From an uncultured Chloroflexia bacterium (GTDB taxonomy: Bacteria; Chloroflexota; Anaerolineae; JAAYZQ01): 64,000 bases of DNA. The DNA lies in the NCBI GenBank assembly GCA_963700285.1, contig CAVOXA010000022.1, positions 160,001-224,000 on the forward strand, in the 5' to 3' direction. Within the stretch, counting starts at the first letter, position 1; the number at the start of each line of letters is the position of its first letter. The notes under the pieces were generated by a model that saw nothing but the letters and a program-made list of their open reading frames with translations, was not told where the DNA came from and ran no database searches. Shown here piece by piece: positions 32,110-42,235 of the stretch. Made by a program: the position numbers and the translations under genes.

Positions 32110-32895
32110 ATGAAACGATATGGCCAACCGCCCTATACCCTCGCCCTCATCCACGGCGGCCCCGGCGCGGCCGGCGAAATGGCGCCCGTGGCGCGCGAGC
32201 TGGCCGCGGAGTGGGGCGTGCTGGAACCGTACCAGGCGGCCGACTCGCTGGAGGGCCAGATCGAGGAGCTGGCCGGCGTCTTGCGCGCCGAGGCCCGGCT
32301 GCCCGCCCTCCTGGTGGGCCATTCCTGGGGCGCCTGGCTCAGTTGCCTGGTGGCGGCCCGCTACCCGGAACTGGTGAGCAAGTTGATCCTCGTTGGCAGC
32401 GCGCCTTTTGAGGCGCGCTACGCCGGCCAGATCTATGCGACCAGGCTGAGCCGGCTCAGCGAGGCCGAGAAGGCTGAATTCGAGGACAGCATTTCCCGCC
32501 TGGGCGACCCTGCCGCGGCAGGCAAAAACACGGCCATGGCCCGGCTCGGGGCGCTGGCCAGCAGGGCCGATGCCTACGATCTCGACCCGGCCGGCGCCGG
32601 CGCCGTGCAATTCCAGGCCGGCATCTATGAGAAGGTCTGGCCCGAGGCTTCCGATCTGAGACACAGCGGGCGGCTCCTGGCGCTGGCGGACCAGATCCGC
32701 TGTCCCGTGGTGGCCATCCACGGCGACTATGATCCCCACCCCGCGGAGGGCGTTGAGGCGCCGCTGGCCGGGCGCCTCGACGACTTTCGGATGGTCCTGC
32801 TGTCCCGTTGTGGCCATACTCCCTGGCTGGAGCGCTGGGCGCGGGATGAGTTCTACCGGGTTCTCCGCAAAGCGTTGGACCTGAATGCCCCTTGA
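32110..32895 (+). CDS. alpha/beta hydrolase
   Basis: HGGPG oxyanion motif, GHSWG nucleophile, HGDYDP, and CGHTPWLE catalytic His. Confidence 0.9.
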   Translation: MKRYGQPPYTLALIHGGPGAAGEMAPVARELAAEWGVLEPYQAADSLEGQIEELAGVLRAEARLPALLVGHSWGAWLSCLVAARYPELVSKLILVGSAPFEARYAGQIYATRLSRLSEAEKAEFEDSISRLGDPAAAGKNTAMARLGALASRADAYDLDPAGAGAVQFQAGIYEKVWPEASDLRHSGRLLALADQIRCPVVAIHGDYDPHPAEGVEAPLAGRLDDFRMVLLSRCGHTPWLERWARDEFYRVLRKALDLNAP

Positions 32896-33043
32896 CAAGC
32901 GCAACCTCCCGCAGGTTTTGCCTTTCCAGGCGCCTGCTCACCGGTGTATCCAGCCCAATGCTGCCGGAACCTCCGCCGCGGACAAACCTGCGGGAGGTTG
33001 GGCTCCGACTATGCAACAGCCGTGAAGGTACGACCCAGGAGGG

Positions 33044-33072
33044 TTGACAAGCACCCCGTACTCTGCTATAAT
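33044..33072 (+). promoter_or_regulatory. consensus sigma70 promoter
   Basis: TTGACA-17bp-TATAAT with extended TG. Confidence 0.85.
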
Positions 33073-33077
33073 GTTTC

Positions 33078-33296
33078 TGCCGCCGTCCAAGTCTTCTGGC
33101 AGCCACGTGGCACGAGCATCGGCGCGAGGCGCCGGTCAGCTGCAACGAGACCTCCGAATTCGCGGACCCTGTTCGCAAAGTCCGGAAGTCTGTGAAACAC
33201 AGGCTTCAGTCACTGGGACGGGAAGCCAAGGCAATGGGCCGCAAGAAGCCGCCAACAAGCAGGGAGTCATCCCCCTTTGTTGCCGGCCTTTTTTTG
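33078..33296 (+). ncRNA. candidate structured sRNA or riboswitch leader (family not identified)
   Basis: Lies between a perfect promoter and a hairpin plus T7 tract (33289-33295); contains three internal hairpins; no credible ORF. Confidence 0.45.
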
Positions 33297-33450
33297 TGCC
33301 GTGTCCGCCGGATCGAGGAATTGCAGGCGGATGCGGTTTTCAGAAAGGAGGTACACTGCTGAAGCCAATTGCTGGGGTCATGGGAAATCCGGTCCGTCGT
33401 CGCTGCCAGCTTCGGTGGACCGCCAGGAATACCACAAGGGAGGTATCAGC

Positions 33451-33771
33451 ATGGCCAAGTATCTGATTCGGGCGAACCTAACGCCAGAAGGCCTGAAGGG
33501 AACGCTCAAGGAAGGCGGGACCGCGCGCAGGGAAGCCGTCAAAAAGACGATCGAAAGCATGGGCGGAACCCTAGAGTCATTCTACTATGCTTTTGGTCAG
33601 AAGGACATTGTGGGCGTTGTCGACATGCCCGACAATGTGAGCGTCGCAGCGTTTTCGCTGCTGGTGACCGCTGCCGGCGGGGCTGCGGTGAGTACAATGG
33701 TGCTCCTCACGCCCGAAGAGATCGACAAGGCGGCGAAAATGACGGGGGACTACCGGCCGCCCGGCAAGTAG
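33451..33771 (+). CDS. GYD domain protein
   Basis: RBS ggaggt; MAKYLIRA...GG.ARREAV...GG.LESFYYAFG..D...YRPPG. Confidence 0.85.
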   Translation: MAKYLIRANLTPEGLKGTLKEGGTARREAVKKTIESMGGTLESFYYAFGQKDIVGVVDMPDNVSVAAFSLLVTAAGGAAVSTMVLLTPEEIDKAAKMTGDYRPPGK

Positions 33772-33838
33772 GACCGGCCGCCGGACAACCAGCGGACAAT
33801 CCACCAAGCAGGCACTAATGCCTGCTTGTGATCGCCCC

Positions 33839-33891
33839 AGACTTTCAGAGTCGCGGACCTGCGGTTCGTCCGGGATTCTGAAAGTCTTTTG
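33839..33891 (+). terminator. terminator-like hairpin
   Basis: agactttcaga...tctgaaagtct followed by ttt; a second hairpin caagcaggca-ctaa-tgcctgcttg lies at about 33805-33829. Confidence 0.6.
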
Positions 33892-33946
33892 CTATTCCAT
33901 GGTTGTTTTCTTATGTGTATTTAACGCGAAAGCGCCATAGCGGGGA

Positions 33947-33975
33947 TTGACAAAAGCCATTCTCCGCAGTATAAT
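33947..33975 (+). promoter_or_regulatory. consensus sigma70 promoter
   Basis: TTGACA-17bp-TATAAT. Confidence 0.85.
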
Positions 33976-34037
33976 ATATATAAAGGCAATAAAAATATAT
34001 TTTTAACAATCCAAGCTGGAAGGCAAGGTGAACTAAG

Positions 34038-34322
34038 ATGGCTTACATTCTGGTGCAATTTCCTGTAGAAGACTATGGCAAGTGGAAGCGCGTGTTCGAG
34101 GCGCATGAGACGACGCGCCGGACGGCCGGTTCGAAGGGCGGAACTGCCCTGCGCAACGCCGAGGACCCCAATCACGTCACAACCCTGTTAGAGTGGGACA
34201 GCCTGGAAAACGCAAAGGCGTTCGCCTCGTCGGACACGCTGCGCGAAGCCATGCAGGAAGCCGGCGTCAAGGGTCCGCCGGCTGTGTTCCTTTTCGCGGA
34301 GACCTTCAAACCGTCGGCGTAA
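34038..34322 (+). CDS. small dimeric alpha/beta-barrel (ABM/cyclase-like) protein
   Basis: VEDYGKWK.VF...R..AGS.GG...RNAEDPN...EWDSLENA.AF...AMQEAGV.GPP. Confidence 0.85.
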   Translation: MAYILVQFPVEDYGKWKRVFEAHETTRRTAGSKGGTALRNAEDPNHVTTLLEWDSLENAKAFASSDTLREAMQEAGVKGPPAVFLFAETFKPSA

Positions 34323-34530
34323 CGGCGCTGGCCACCTGGCCCATGGAGGCGGTTGCCGCAGGCACACGCCCAAGGCGGTCAGGTTCGCGTCGCCCTGGAT
34401 GCCCAAAGAACCACAGCGCCCGGCCCTGAACGTGGGGCCGGGTGGTTCTGCATCTGGCGGGGATGTGCCTCTGAGCCCGCCTGGCTCCTCTGCCGGGCGG
34501 CCGCAGAACGCCGTACTCGCAGCGCGCTGT

Positions 34531-34559
34531 TTGCCTATTTCCCCCTGTGGTGCTATAAT
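34531..34559 (+). promoter_or_regulatory. sigma70-type promoter
   Basis: TTGCCT-17bp-TATAAT with extended TG. Confidence 0.6.
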
Positions 34560-34805
34560 TCCTGGGACCCAAAGAAACCAACGCCCTTGGTGCTCTAGCC
34601 AGCCCGAGGCGATGGCTGGGGCGACGGGGCGCCCGCGGCACCCAGGTTGTGCGCCATGGCCCGTGCGCCGCCGACGCCAGGCCGCCGGCGAGTCTCATCG
34701 TCCCCCATGGGAGACGGATTACCGGCAAGGCTGCTGTACCCACAAACCGACTGGTAGTTCATAAAGAGCCCGGCAGAGCTCGCCATAGAAAGGAGTAAAC
34801 GACCC

Positions 34806-36864
34806 ATGTCTTCACAGTCTGTACTGTCCCTCCGCAGGCTCGGCCGAGGGCTATTGGTGCTCCCGCTTCTGGTCATCCTGCTGGTCGCTGCCGCCCCGGC
34901 AGCCCCGGCCGCGCCGCCGGCGCCCTATCTGGTCAAAGACATCAATCCTGGCAGTGCCGGCTCGCTGGCCTCGGAGGAATACTGGCCTGTCCATCCCGTG
35001 GAAATGGACGGCCGCATCTACTTCAAAGCTGACGATGGAACACACGGGTTTGAGTTGTGGAAGAGCGACGGCACCTCTGCCGGTACCGTCCTGGTCAGGG
35101 ACATCAATCCCGGATCGCACGGATCCGATCTCCAAACACTCATCGAGATGAACGGCATTCTGTACTTTTGGGCTGACGATGGCGCCCACGGTTTTGCCCT
35201 GTGGAGAAGCAATGGTACGACCGCGGGCACCGTCATGGTCAGAGCCGTGGGAGGCTCGTCCTCCTACCGGGGGGTAGAGGCGGCCGTTGTGAACGGGGTG
35301 CTCTACTTCGCCGGGATTGACAGCGAACACGGCACTGAACTGTGGAGAAGCGACGGTACTGCCGCCAATACCAGAATGGTAAAGGACATCCTCCCTGGAA
35401 AAGACAGCTCGGACCCGTCGTACCTAACTGAATTCAAAGGTGAGTTGTTCTTTGCTGCCGACGCCACGGCATCAGACTATGACACGGACAATCACTTGTG
35501 GAAAAGCAATGGCACCGAGAGTGGCACCGTCCTGATGCGAGACGGCAGCGGACAGTCCTTGCCATGGGTGTTTGGCCTCAAGGACGCAGGAGGCAAACTC
35601 TTTGTCAATATCGACCTTGACATTGGTGTCAGCGGCGTATGCGACGGGCGGTTGTGGAAAACCGACGGTACCCAGGCCGGGACTGTCGAGCTGCACAACC
35701 ATGTCGGATGTATCGACCAAATGGTGAATGCCGGTGGCAGGCTCTTTTTTGACGGCAACTACAGTGACGACTCCTGCTCCAAGCACACGCTATGGACCAG
35801 CGATGGCACCATAGGGGGGACCGTCGCCCTCAAGGATTTTGAGTGCTGGTGCGAGCTCTATGGCCTCTGGAGCCTGACACCGATGGAGGGCCGGCTCTAC
35901 TTCAGCGCCAATCCTCTGGACCTTTGGAAGAGCGACGGGACCGTGGCCGGGACCTCTGCCATCAAACCCTCCATCTTTGTCTGCCCCGAGTACGCCGACT
36001 CGTTCACGATGAAGGGGGTGAATGGCACGCTCTATTTCGCCGGCCACGACGAGACCCACGGCAACGAGCTTTGGAAGAGCGATGGATCGGCGGCCGGCAC
36101 CAGCCGCGTGAGCGACATCAACCCCGGCAAGGGCTGGGGCATCGATGACTGGAACTGGCTGGCCACCGCAGGCGGCAAGCTCTTCTTCCCGGCTGACAAT
36201 GGCAGCCAGGGGATCGAGCTGTGGGCCTTGGATACCGGCTCCTGCTCTGTCCCCGCCAAGCCGGTACTCATCAGCCCCACCGACTATGCCAGCACCTGCG
36301 ACGCCACGCCGGACTTGGTTTGGGAGCCGGCGAGTCGGGCCAAGCAGTACCAGATCCGCATCGCCGACGGTGATACGTCAGCAGTGGTCATCCAGACCGA
36401 GACGCAGGACACCCAGTTCCGGCCTCCGGCGCCCCTGGCGCCCGGCACCTACTTTTGGCGGGTGCGGGCCTCCAACGACTGCGGCTGGAGCGCCTGGTCG
36501 GAAAAGTGGTGGTTCACTGTGCAGCCACCGCCGGCCGTGCCCGGGCTCTCTTCGCCGGTGGACGGCAGCAGCACCTACGAGACGAGGCCCGTCTTTGAGT
36601 GGTTTGCGACCCAGGGTGCGAACAGCTACCGGCTCCAGGTGGACCAATGATGCCAGCTTTGCTTCGCCGGTCATCGACAAGACCAGGTCAGGCACGAGCT
36701 ACAGGCCGGATGACCCGCTGCCGCCGGGCACCTACTACTGGCGGGTGCGGGGCAGCTATGACTGTGGCAACGGGGCTTGGTCGACGGCGTACAGCCTGAC
36801 GGTACTGCCGGCCGGCCTGGAGTATGGGGCCTATCTGCCCCTGGTGACACGAGGTAGCCACTAG
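34806..36864 (+). CDS. secreted ELWxxDGT-repeat protein with two FN3-like domains; one frameshift at about 36645
   Basis: Signal peptide; ELWKSDGT repeats; GTY.WRVRA domains. RLQVD continues as NDASFASP in another frame and ends AYLPLVTRGSH. Confidence 0.85.
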
Positions 36865-36971
36865 CGCACCAGGGCTGGATGCGACACGCATCCCTACCGA
36901 ATCGACGACCAGGTCGACAACGAGGCCTGGTCGCCAGGACGTCTCCGACTCACTGACCCAGGAGAAAGACA

Positions 36972-39431
36972 ATGCCACCCGCTGTGAACCGACACGTTAC
37001 CGCCACCACCACCATCCTGCTATTGTCCGTTGTCCTGCTGCTGGCTGTCATCCCCCGAGCCGCTGCCGCGGACCCAGAAATTCAGGGCAGTGGCCTGCTC
37101 TTTAGCGACGCTGGCAGGGCGCCGGCTTCCTCGGGCAGCGGCGACCCGACTGCCCTTCGCCAGAGGCTGGTGCTGGCCGATCTGGCGCTGCTCGCACAGA
37201 GCAATGCAGGCGATACCCTCGGCCTCAACCTCTTTGAGGATGCCCTCTACCAGGGCGTCATCGACGACGTGACCAAGAACCCATCGGGCTCGACGTCGTG
37301 GATTGGACACCTTCGCGGAGAAGCCTACAGCCAATTCGTACTGGTCGTTGGCGGCGGCCAGATGGCTGGCAGCGTTACGCTGCCCGGCGCCATCTATGGG
37401 ATCCGGTACAAGGACGGGAACGTGCACGTCATCAGCGAGATCGACGGGATGGTGGAGCCTCGCGAGGGGCCGCCGATCCCCGTGGATGTGCCATTGGATT
37501 CGGCTCCACGCCATCCCTCCGGTCCAGCCGACGATGGCTCGATCATCGATGTCATGGTAGTCTATACGCAGGCGGCTCGAGACGGCGCCGGGGGTACGAC
37601 GGGTATGTTGAACCTTATCGACCTGGCCGTGTCAGAATCCAACCAGACCTACGCAAACAGCGGTATCGCTCAGCGTCTGCGCCTTGTCAACAGCGCGGAG
37701 GTTGCCTACGAGGAATCGGGATACACCACAACAGACCTCAACCGTCTGCGAGATCCTTCAGACGGAACCATGGACCGTGTGCACGCGCTCAGAGATCTGT
37801 TTGGGGCAGACTTTGTCAGCCTCTTTTTCGAGAGTGGGGATTACGGCGGGCGGGCGTACTTGATGACGACGGTGTCGAGTGATTTCAAAGACTTTGCTTT
37901 CAGCCTGGTGAAGCGTCGCCGGGCGGCCGGTGAGTACATCCTCGCCCATGAGCTTGGGCACAATATGGGGGCGCACCACGACTGGTATGTAAATGACACG
38001 ACCCAGCCCTATCCCTACAACCATGCCTTTCTCAACGTGGAAGGTAGGTGGATGACGGTCATGGGCTACTGGGACGAATGCGCTGCCAGAGGGTCTATGT
38101 GCTATGTCATCCCTTACTGGTCAAACCCAGACGCATCCTACCAGGGCGTTCCCCTGGGCGTGCATCCGGGTACCTCCGCGGCTTGCGTCGCCGGGGATCT
38201 GGATCATCCAGACTGTGACGCCGACAACCGGCTAACACTCAACAACACCGCCTTCACCGTGGCCAATTTTCGGCAGACGACGCAGCCGCCTACATGCTTT
38301 CCGCTGGCGACATCTGCCAGCCCCTCCGCCGCCGGTGCCGTCCTGTCCGATCCCGGCCCAAACTGCAGCGGCGACTATGTGGCGGGCACGGAGGTTAAAC
38401 TGACACCCAGCCCCAAGTCGGGCTACAGTTTCAGTCACTGGAGCGGCGCCTGCAGTGGTTCGTCCCAGACTTGCACGCTGACCCTGTCGGCCGCGAAACA
38501 GGTGGCCGCCGCTTTTGAGGAGATCGACTATGGCCGGATCATCGTCGACAAGGTGACAGAGCCGGCCGGCGCCGAACAGGAATTTCTTTTCGCCGTGACC
38601 GGTGGGCCTGAGAGCATCGACCGGGAGTTCAACCTGACCGACGCCGCTGCACCCCGCCAGGTCTCAAACCTGGCGCCAGGCGCCTACCGCGTCGTGGAGG
38701 AAGTGCCTGAAGGCTGGGATCTGGTCTACAGCAGTTGCGACGATGGCAGCGACCCAGGCGCCATCGATCTGGACCCGGGCGAGACAGTCACTTGCACTTT
38801 TTCGAACCAGCAGACCGGGTACTGTGCGATTCCGGCCGCGCCGGTCCTGCGGTCTCCGCCCAATGGAACCAGCACACAGGACCCCATGCCGGACTTTGAA
38901 TGGTCCCCGGCGACGGGCGCGGCCAAGTATCGTCTCCGGCTGGCCGAGGTAGATTCGGGCGCACAGGTTCTGAGCATCACCACCTCAAAGACGCATTTCA
39001 CACTGGAGACACCGCTGGAACCTGACACGTATTACTGGCGGGTGCGGGGCCTGAACGATTGCGGCGTCGGCAACTGGGCGCTGAGGCGTAGCGTAACCAT
39101 CCTGCCGACGCGTCCCCATCCGCCCCAATTGATGCTGCCGGATCACGACAGCCTGAACTGCCAGCCACTGCCCACCCTTGCCTGGAAAGGCGCCAAGGGC
39201 GCAACGGGATACCGCCTTCAAGTGGACAATGACAACAGCTTTTCATCGCCGGTGCTCGATGACGGCACGGCGGACACAGAGTACAACCCGCCCCATGGCC
39301 TGTCGCTGGGAACCTACTACTGGCGGGTGCTGGCCAGCAACAGCGCGGGCGACAGCGACTGGTCCTCGGTCTGGCGCTTTGTCCAGGGTCGCTGTATCCA
39401 TCTGCCGTTGGTGACGCGTGGCATCCGGTAG
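36972..39431 (+). CDS. secreted M12B/reprolysin-like zinc metallopeptidase with accessory Ig/FN3-like domains
   Basis: IDVMVVYT, HELGHNMGAHH zinc motif and TVMGY Met-turn; ends IHLPLVTRGIR. Confidence 0.9.
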   Translation: MPPAVNRHVTATTTILLLSVVLLLAVIPRAAAADPEIQGSGLLFSDAGRAPASSGSGDPTALRQRLVLADLALLAQSNAGDTLGLNLFEDALYQGVIDDVTKNPSGSTSWIGHLRGEAYSQFVLVVGGGQMAGSVTLPGAIYGIRYKDGNVHVISEIDGMVEPREGPPIPVDVPLDSAPRHPSGPADDGSIIDVMVVYTQAARDGAGGTTGMLNLIDLAVSESNQTYANSGIAQRLRLVNSAEVAYEESGYTTTDLNRLRDPSDGTMDRVHALRDLFGADFVSLFFESGDYGGRAYLMTTVSSDFKDFAFSLVKRRRAAGEYILAHELGHNMGAHHDWYVNDTTQPYPYNHAFLNVEGRWMTVMGYWDECAARGSMCYVIPYWSNPDASYQGVPLGVHPGTSAACVAGDLDHPDCDADNRLTLNNTAFTVANFRQTTQPPTCFPLATSASPSAAGAVLSDPGPNCSGDYVAGTEVKLTPSPKSGYSFSHWSGACSGSSQTCTLTLSAAKQVAAAFEEIDYGRIIVDKVTEPAGAEQEFLFAVTGGPESIDREFNLTDAAAPRQVSNLAPGAYRVVEEVPEGWDLVYSSCDDGSDPGAIDLDPGETVTCTFSNQQTGYCAIPAAPVLRSPPNGTSTQDPMPDFEWSPATGAAKYRLRLAEVDSGAQVLSITTSKTHFTLETPLEPDTYYWRVRGLNDCGVGNWALRRSVTILPTRPHPPQLMLPDHDSLNCQPLPTLAWKGAKGATGYRLQVDNDNSFSSPVLDDGTADTEYNPPHGLSLGTYYWRVLASNSAGDSDWSSVWRFVQGRCIHLPLVTRGIR

Positions 39432-39655
39432 CGCCGGGTGACCGATGCTTGCAGGCGCCGCCGTGGACAGCGGCGCGGGGAAAAGATCCAGCACCGGCTG
39501 TTCACGCCGGTGCAGAAGCCAGAAACCGGAAACCGAGAAGCCCAGCGAACTCTCCGCCCAGCTCCGATCTGATCTTGCACGAATCGTACCCTACGATCTC
39601 GGCCAGTCCAACCATTTTTCTACGCATCCTTAACGCCAAATCGACCTGTTGGGGC

Positions 39656-39684
39656 TTGACAAAGACCGTGCTTTGCTATATAAT
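39656..39684 (+). promoter_or_regulatory. consensus sigma70 promoter
   Basis: TTGACA-17bp-TATAAT. Confidence 0.85.
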
Positions 39685-39746
39685 GATGAAAATTGTTAGA
39701 CAAATTTGATCTATACCAACACAACTGAGAAAGGAAGAGTACTGAG

Positions 39747-40031
39747 ATGCCTTACATTCTGGTTCAGCATACCATTGAAGACTATGAAAAGTGGAAGCCC
39801 GCATTCGATGAGCATGCGGCCATGCGCCAGGCCGCCGGTTCCAAGGGCGGATTTGTCCTGCGCAACGCCGACGATCCCAATCACATCACAACCCTGTTAG
39901 AGTGGGACAGCCTGGATAACCTGCGTGCCTTCGCCTCGTCGGACGCGCTGCGTGATGCCATGAAAGAGGCTGGCGTTTCAGGTCCGCCGAGTGTCTTCTT
40001 TCTCGAAGAGGCCGCCAGACCGTCAACGTAG
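39747..40031 (+). CDS. small ABM/cyclase-like protein, paralog of 34038-34322
   Basis: Same length (94 aa) and colinear; identical TTLLEWDSL block at DNA level. Confidence 0.85.
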   Translation: MPYILVQHTIEDYEKWKPAFDEHAAMRQAAGSKGGFVLRNADDPNHITTLLEWDSLDNLRAFASSDALRDAMKEAGVSGPPSVFFLEEAARPST

Positions 40032-40123
40032 TGGCTAGTGGCGCTGGCGCCCGCGCGGTCCGCCGGTTTCATTGAGACACTGGTGGAATCCGGACAGGCT
40101 TGCGCTGCCGCGGATGCCAAGAT

Positions 40124-40163
40124 CCAAGTCGCCCGGCCCCCACGTGGGGGCCGGGCGACTTGG
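40124..40163. repeat. perfect 40-bp palindrome
   Basis: ccaagtcgcccggcccccac|gtgggggccgggcgacttgg, with no loop. Confidence 0.9.
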
Positions 40164-40279
40164 CGTCTGGTGCCCGTGCGCCAGAGCCGGCAATGGGCCT
40201 TTTCCCCGCCCTCTGATTTTCCGTTGCGCGAGGGTGGGCACCACCGGGCTTTCTGCCGGGCGGCCGCCGCGCGAGGCGT

Positions 40280-41901
40280 CTACCACGCCGTCCCATCGAT
40301 CTCATCCAGCGGATCAGGCCGGTGCACCAGTTCGGCCGAACCCGTGCCGGGCCAGAGCTGCTCGTCCAGGACGGTACAGAGCGCGGCGCTGACCAGCAGG
40401 TCGTCGTGGCCGCGGGCGATCAGCGCCGTCGTAGGCCGGCGACTCCCACACGCCCCAGCGGATGCGCTCGCCCGGGCCCGGCAGAACCTCGTACTGGCAG
40501 TGCTCCACCTCGTACCAGAACTGGCGGGTCTCCGCCTGCCCGTCATCGACATAGTCGCGTAGCGCCCGGTCTCGACGGCGCCGAGGAAGGCCCAGCCCAG
40601 GTCCGACTTTGTCCTTGGGCGAAAAGACGACCGGGATCACGCGGCCGGGCAGTGCCTTCTGCCAGGAAGGAGGCCAGCCCGGCGCCGATGCCGGTGGCGT
40701 CGACGACGACCCAGACCGCGCGCCAGTGGCCGGCCAGGGCCACGGATCCGGTCGTACAGCGTCGTGTGCCGGACGCCCAGCCAGAGCTGGCGGTCGACGA
40801 CGCGGTAGATGGGCAGGTCGCCCGAGCTCGGCGCTCGACCTCGACGACGGTCAGCGCGGTGGCGTCGCGGCGCGGGTTGCTCGAGCATCATGCGGTCGAC
40901 TGCACGGTGCCCCCGCTCTCCTCCTCGCCGGCGACGTCGAGCAGCAGGGCGTAGCGCTTGCCCGGCTGCCGGGCTCGTGGCGGCGGGCGTGGTCGCCGCG
41001 CATGAGGGCCCGGCGCGGCGGGCGGGAACAGGCCGCCTGGCGGCGTCGATCGTCTCCAGGTAGTACTGGGTCTTGATCAGGGGTGGTCGCGGCCCAGGCG
41101 GGCGACCTGCTGCTCGACGTAGCGGCCGTAGGCCGGGACGCAGCGCGGCGACCTGGTCGGCGTCGTACGGCAAAGGCGCGGCGGAGCCCGTCGCGTGTTT
41201 CCTGCTGGCGCAGGTGCTGGATGGTCCGGGCCAGCAGCGTGTCGGCGGTCCAGGCCGTGCCGTAGAGGACGGTGGTGGCGTTGGTGCTGGCGGCCATGGG
41301 CGAGAAGTCCTTGTACCACTTTTCCTCGGCGATGTCCTGGGCCTCGTCGCCCTCCAGCAGCAGGTCGGCGGTGGCGCCGACGACGTTGGCGGTGGGCTCG
41401 GCGGAGAAGAAGAGGGCGCGGGCGCGGCCGAGCTCGACGATGTAGCCCTCGCGGCGGCGGTAGCCAGCGCCGCCTCCAGCGGCGTTGCCGTTCCAGGGGT
41501 TGTCCAGGCGGTCGCAGAGGCGCAGGAGCGAGTTGACGGTCTGGGGCTTGAAGGTGGGGCAGGCCTTGACGATCTGGCCGCCGCGCCGCTGGTAGAGGTT
41601 GAGCAGGTAGGCCTCGAGCTGGGCCGGAGAGCTCGTTCTTGCCCGCCTGGCGGGCCATCATCACGGCAAAGGTCAGGCCCCGGCCGTGGAGGACCGAGTC
41701 GACGATGGCCCGGGCCGGCTCGAGCTGGTAGGGGCGCAGCCCACGGCCCAGGATCAGCCGGCTGAAATGGTCAATGTCCTCGAACCAGTATCTGACGGCC
41801 GTGACCAGGGTCTGGTTCGGGGGTGGGGCGTCAGGCGCTAGACATGGTGCGTGTTGTGTGCTGCGTGTTGCATCTTGCGTGTCTCGTCTTTCGTCCAGCA
41901 T
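40280..41901 (-). pseudogene. phage terminase large subunit-like gene, heavily frameshifted
   Basis: LRPYQ adenine-binding motif, ARQAGKNE Walker A, LLEGDEAQD Walker B, LYGTAW, VVVDATGIG nuclease motif and C-terminal HDDLL.S.AL; pieces spread across many frames. Confidence 0.7.
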
Positions 41902-41968
41902 CCGCCGTCTAGCGCCCGCCGTCTGTCGTCCGTTGTCCACTGTCCACCGTCCGTCGTCTATCGTTCCC

Positions 41969-42235
41969 CTACGGCACCAGCCCCAGCGCAGCCAGGGCCA
42001 CCCGCAGCACCTCGGCGGCCAGGGCCGCGCCGGCGAGACCCAGCAACCAGCGGGACTGGGTCTCCAGCCGGGCCAGGCGCTTTTCGATCCACCAGCCCCA
42101 GTCACTGTCATAGGGCTGCGGATCGGTGATGCGCGCCCGGCGGTCGCGGTGGCGCCTGATGGCGGCCTGCAGGTGTTCTTCGCCGGACCCCCTGTGCCGG
42201 TGGGCCGCTTTCCTGGCATCCCGGGAATCCTTCAC
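41969..42235 (-). CDS. small phage-like protein with coiled coil and C-terminal TM helix
   Basis: WIEKRLARLETQSRWLLGLAGAALAAEVL; GTG start overlaps the predicted upstream TGA. Confidence 0.5.
   Translation of the reverse strand: MKDSRDARKAAHRHRGSGEEHLQAAIRRHRDRRARITDPQPYDSDWGWWIEKRLARLETQSRWLLGLAGAALAAEVLRVALAALGLVP

Noticed and set aside
32892-33052. ttgacaagc direct repeat as a target-site duplication around the 32903-33000 inverted repeat
   Set aside because: The right copy is 43 bp from the IR end and coincides with the -35 box; likely chance.
33205-33260. Cobalamin or c-di-GMP-I riboswitch assignment
   Set aside because: Only short partial motifs; the B12 box and the GGCAAA/P2 elements are absent.
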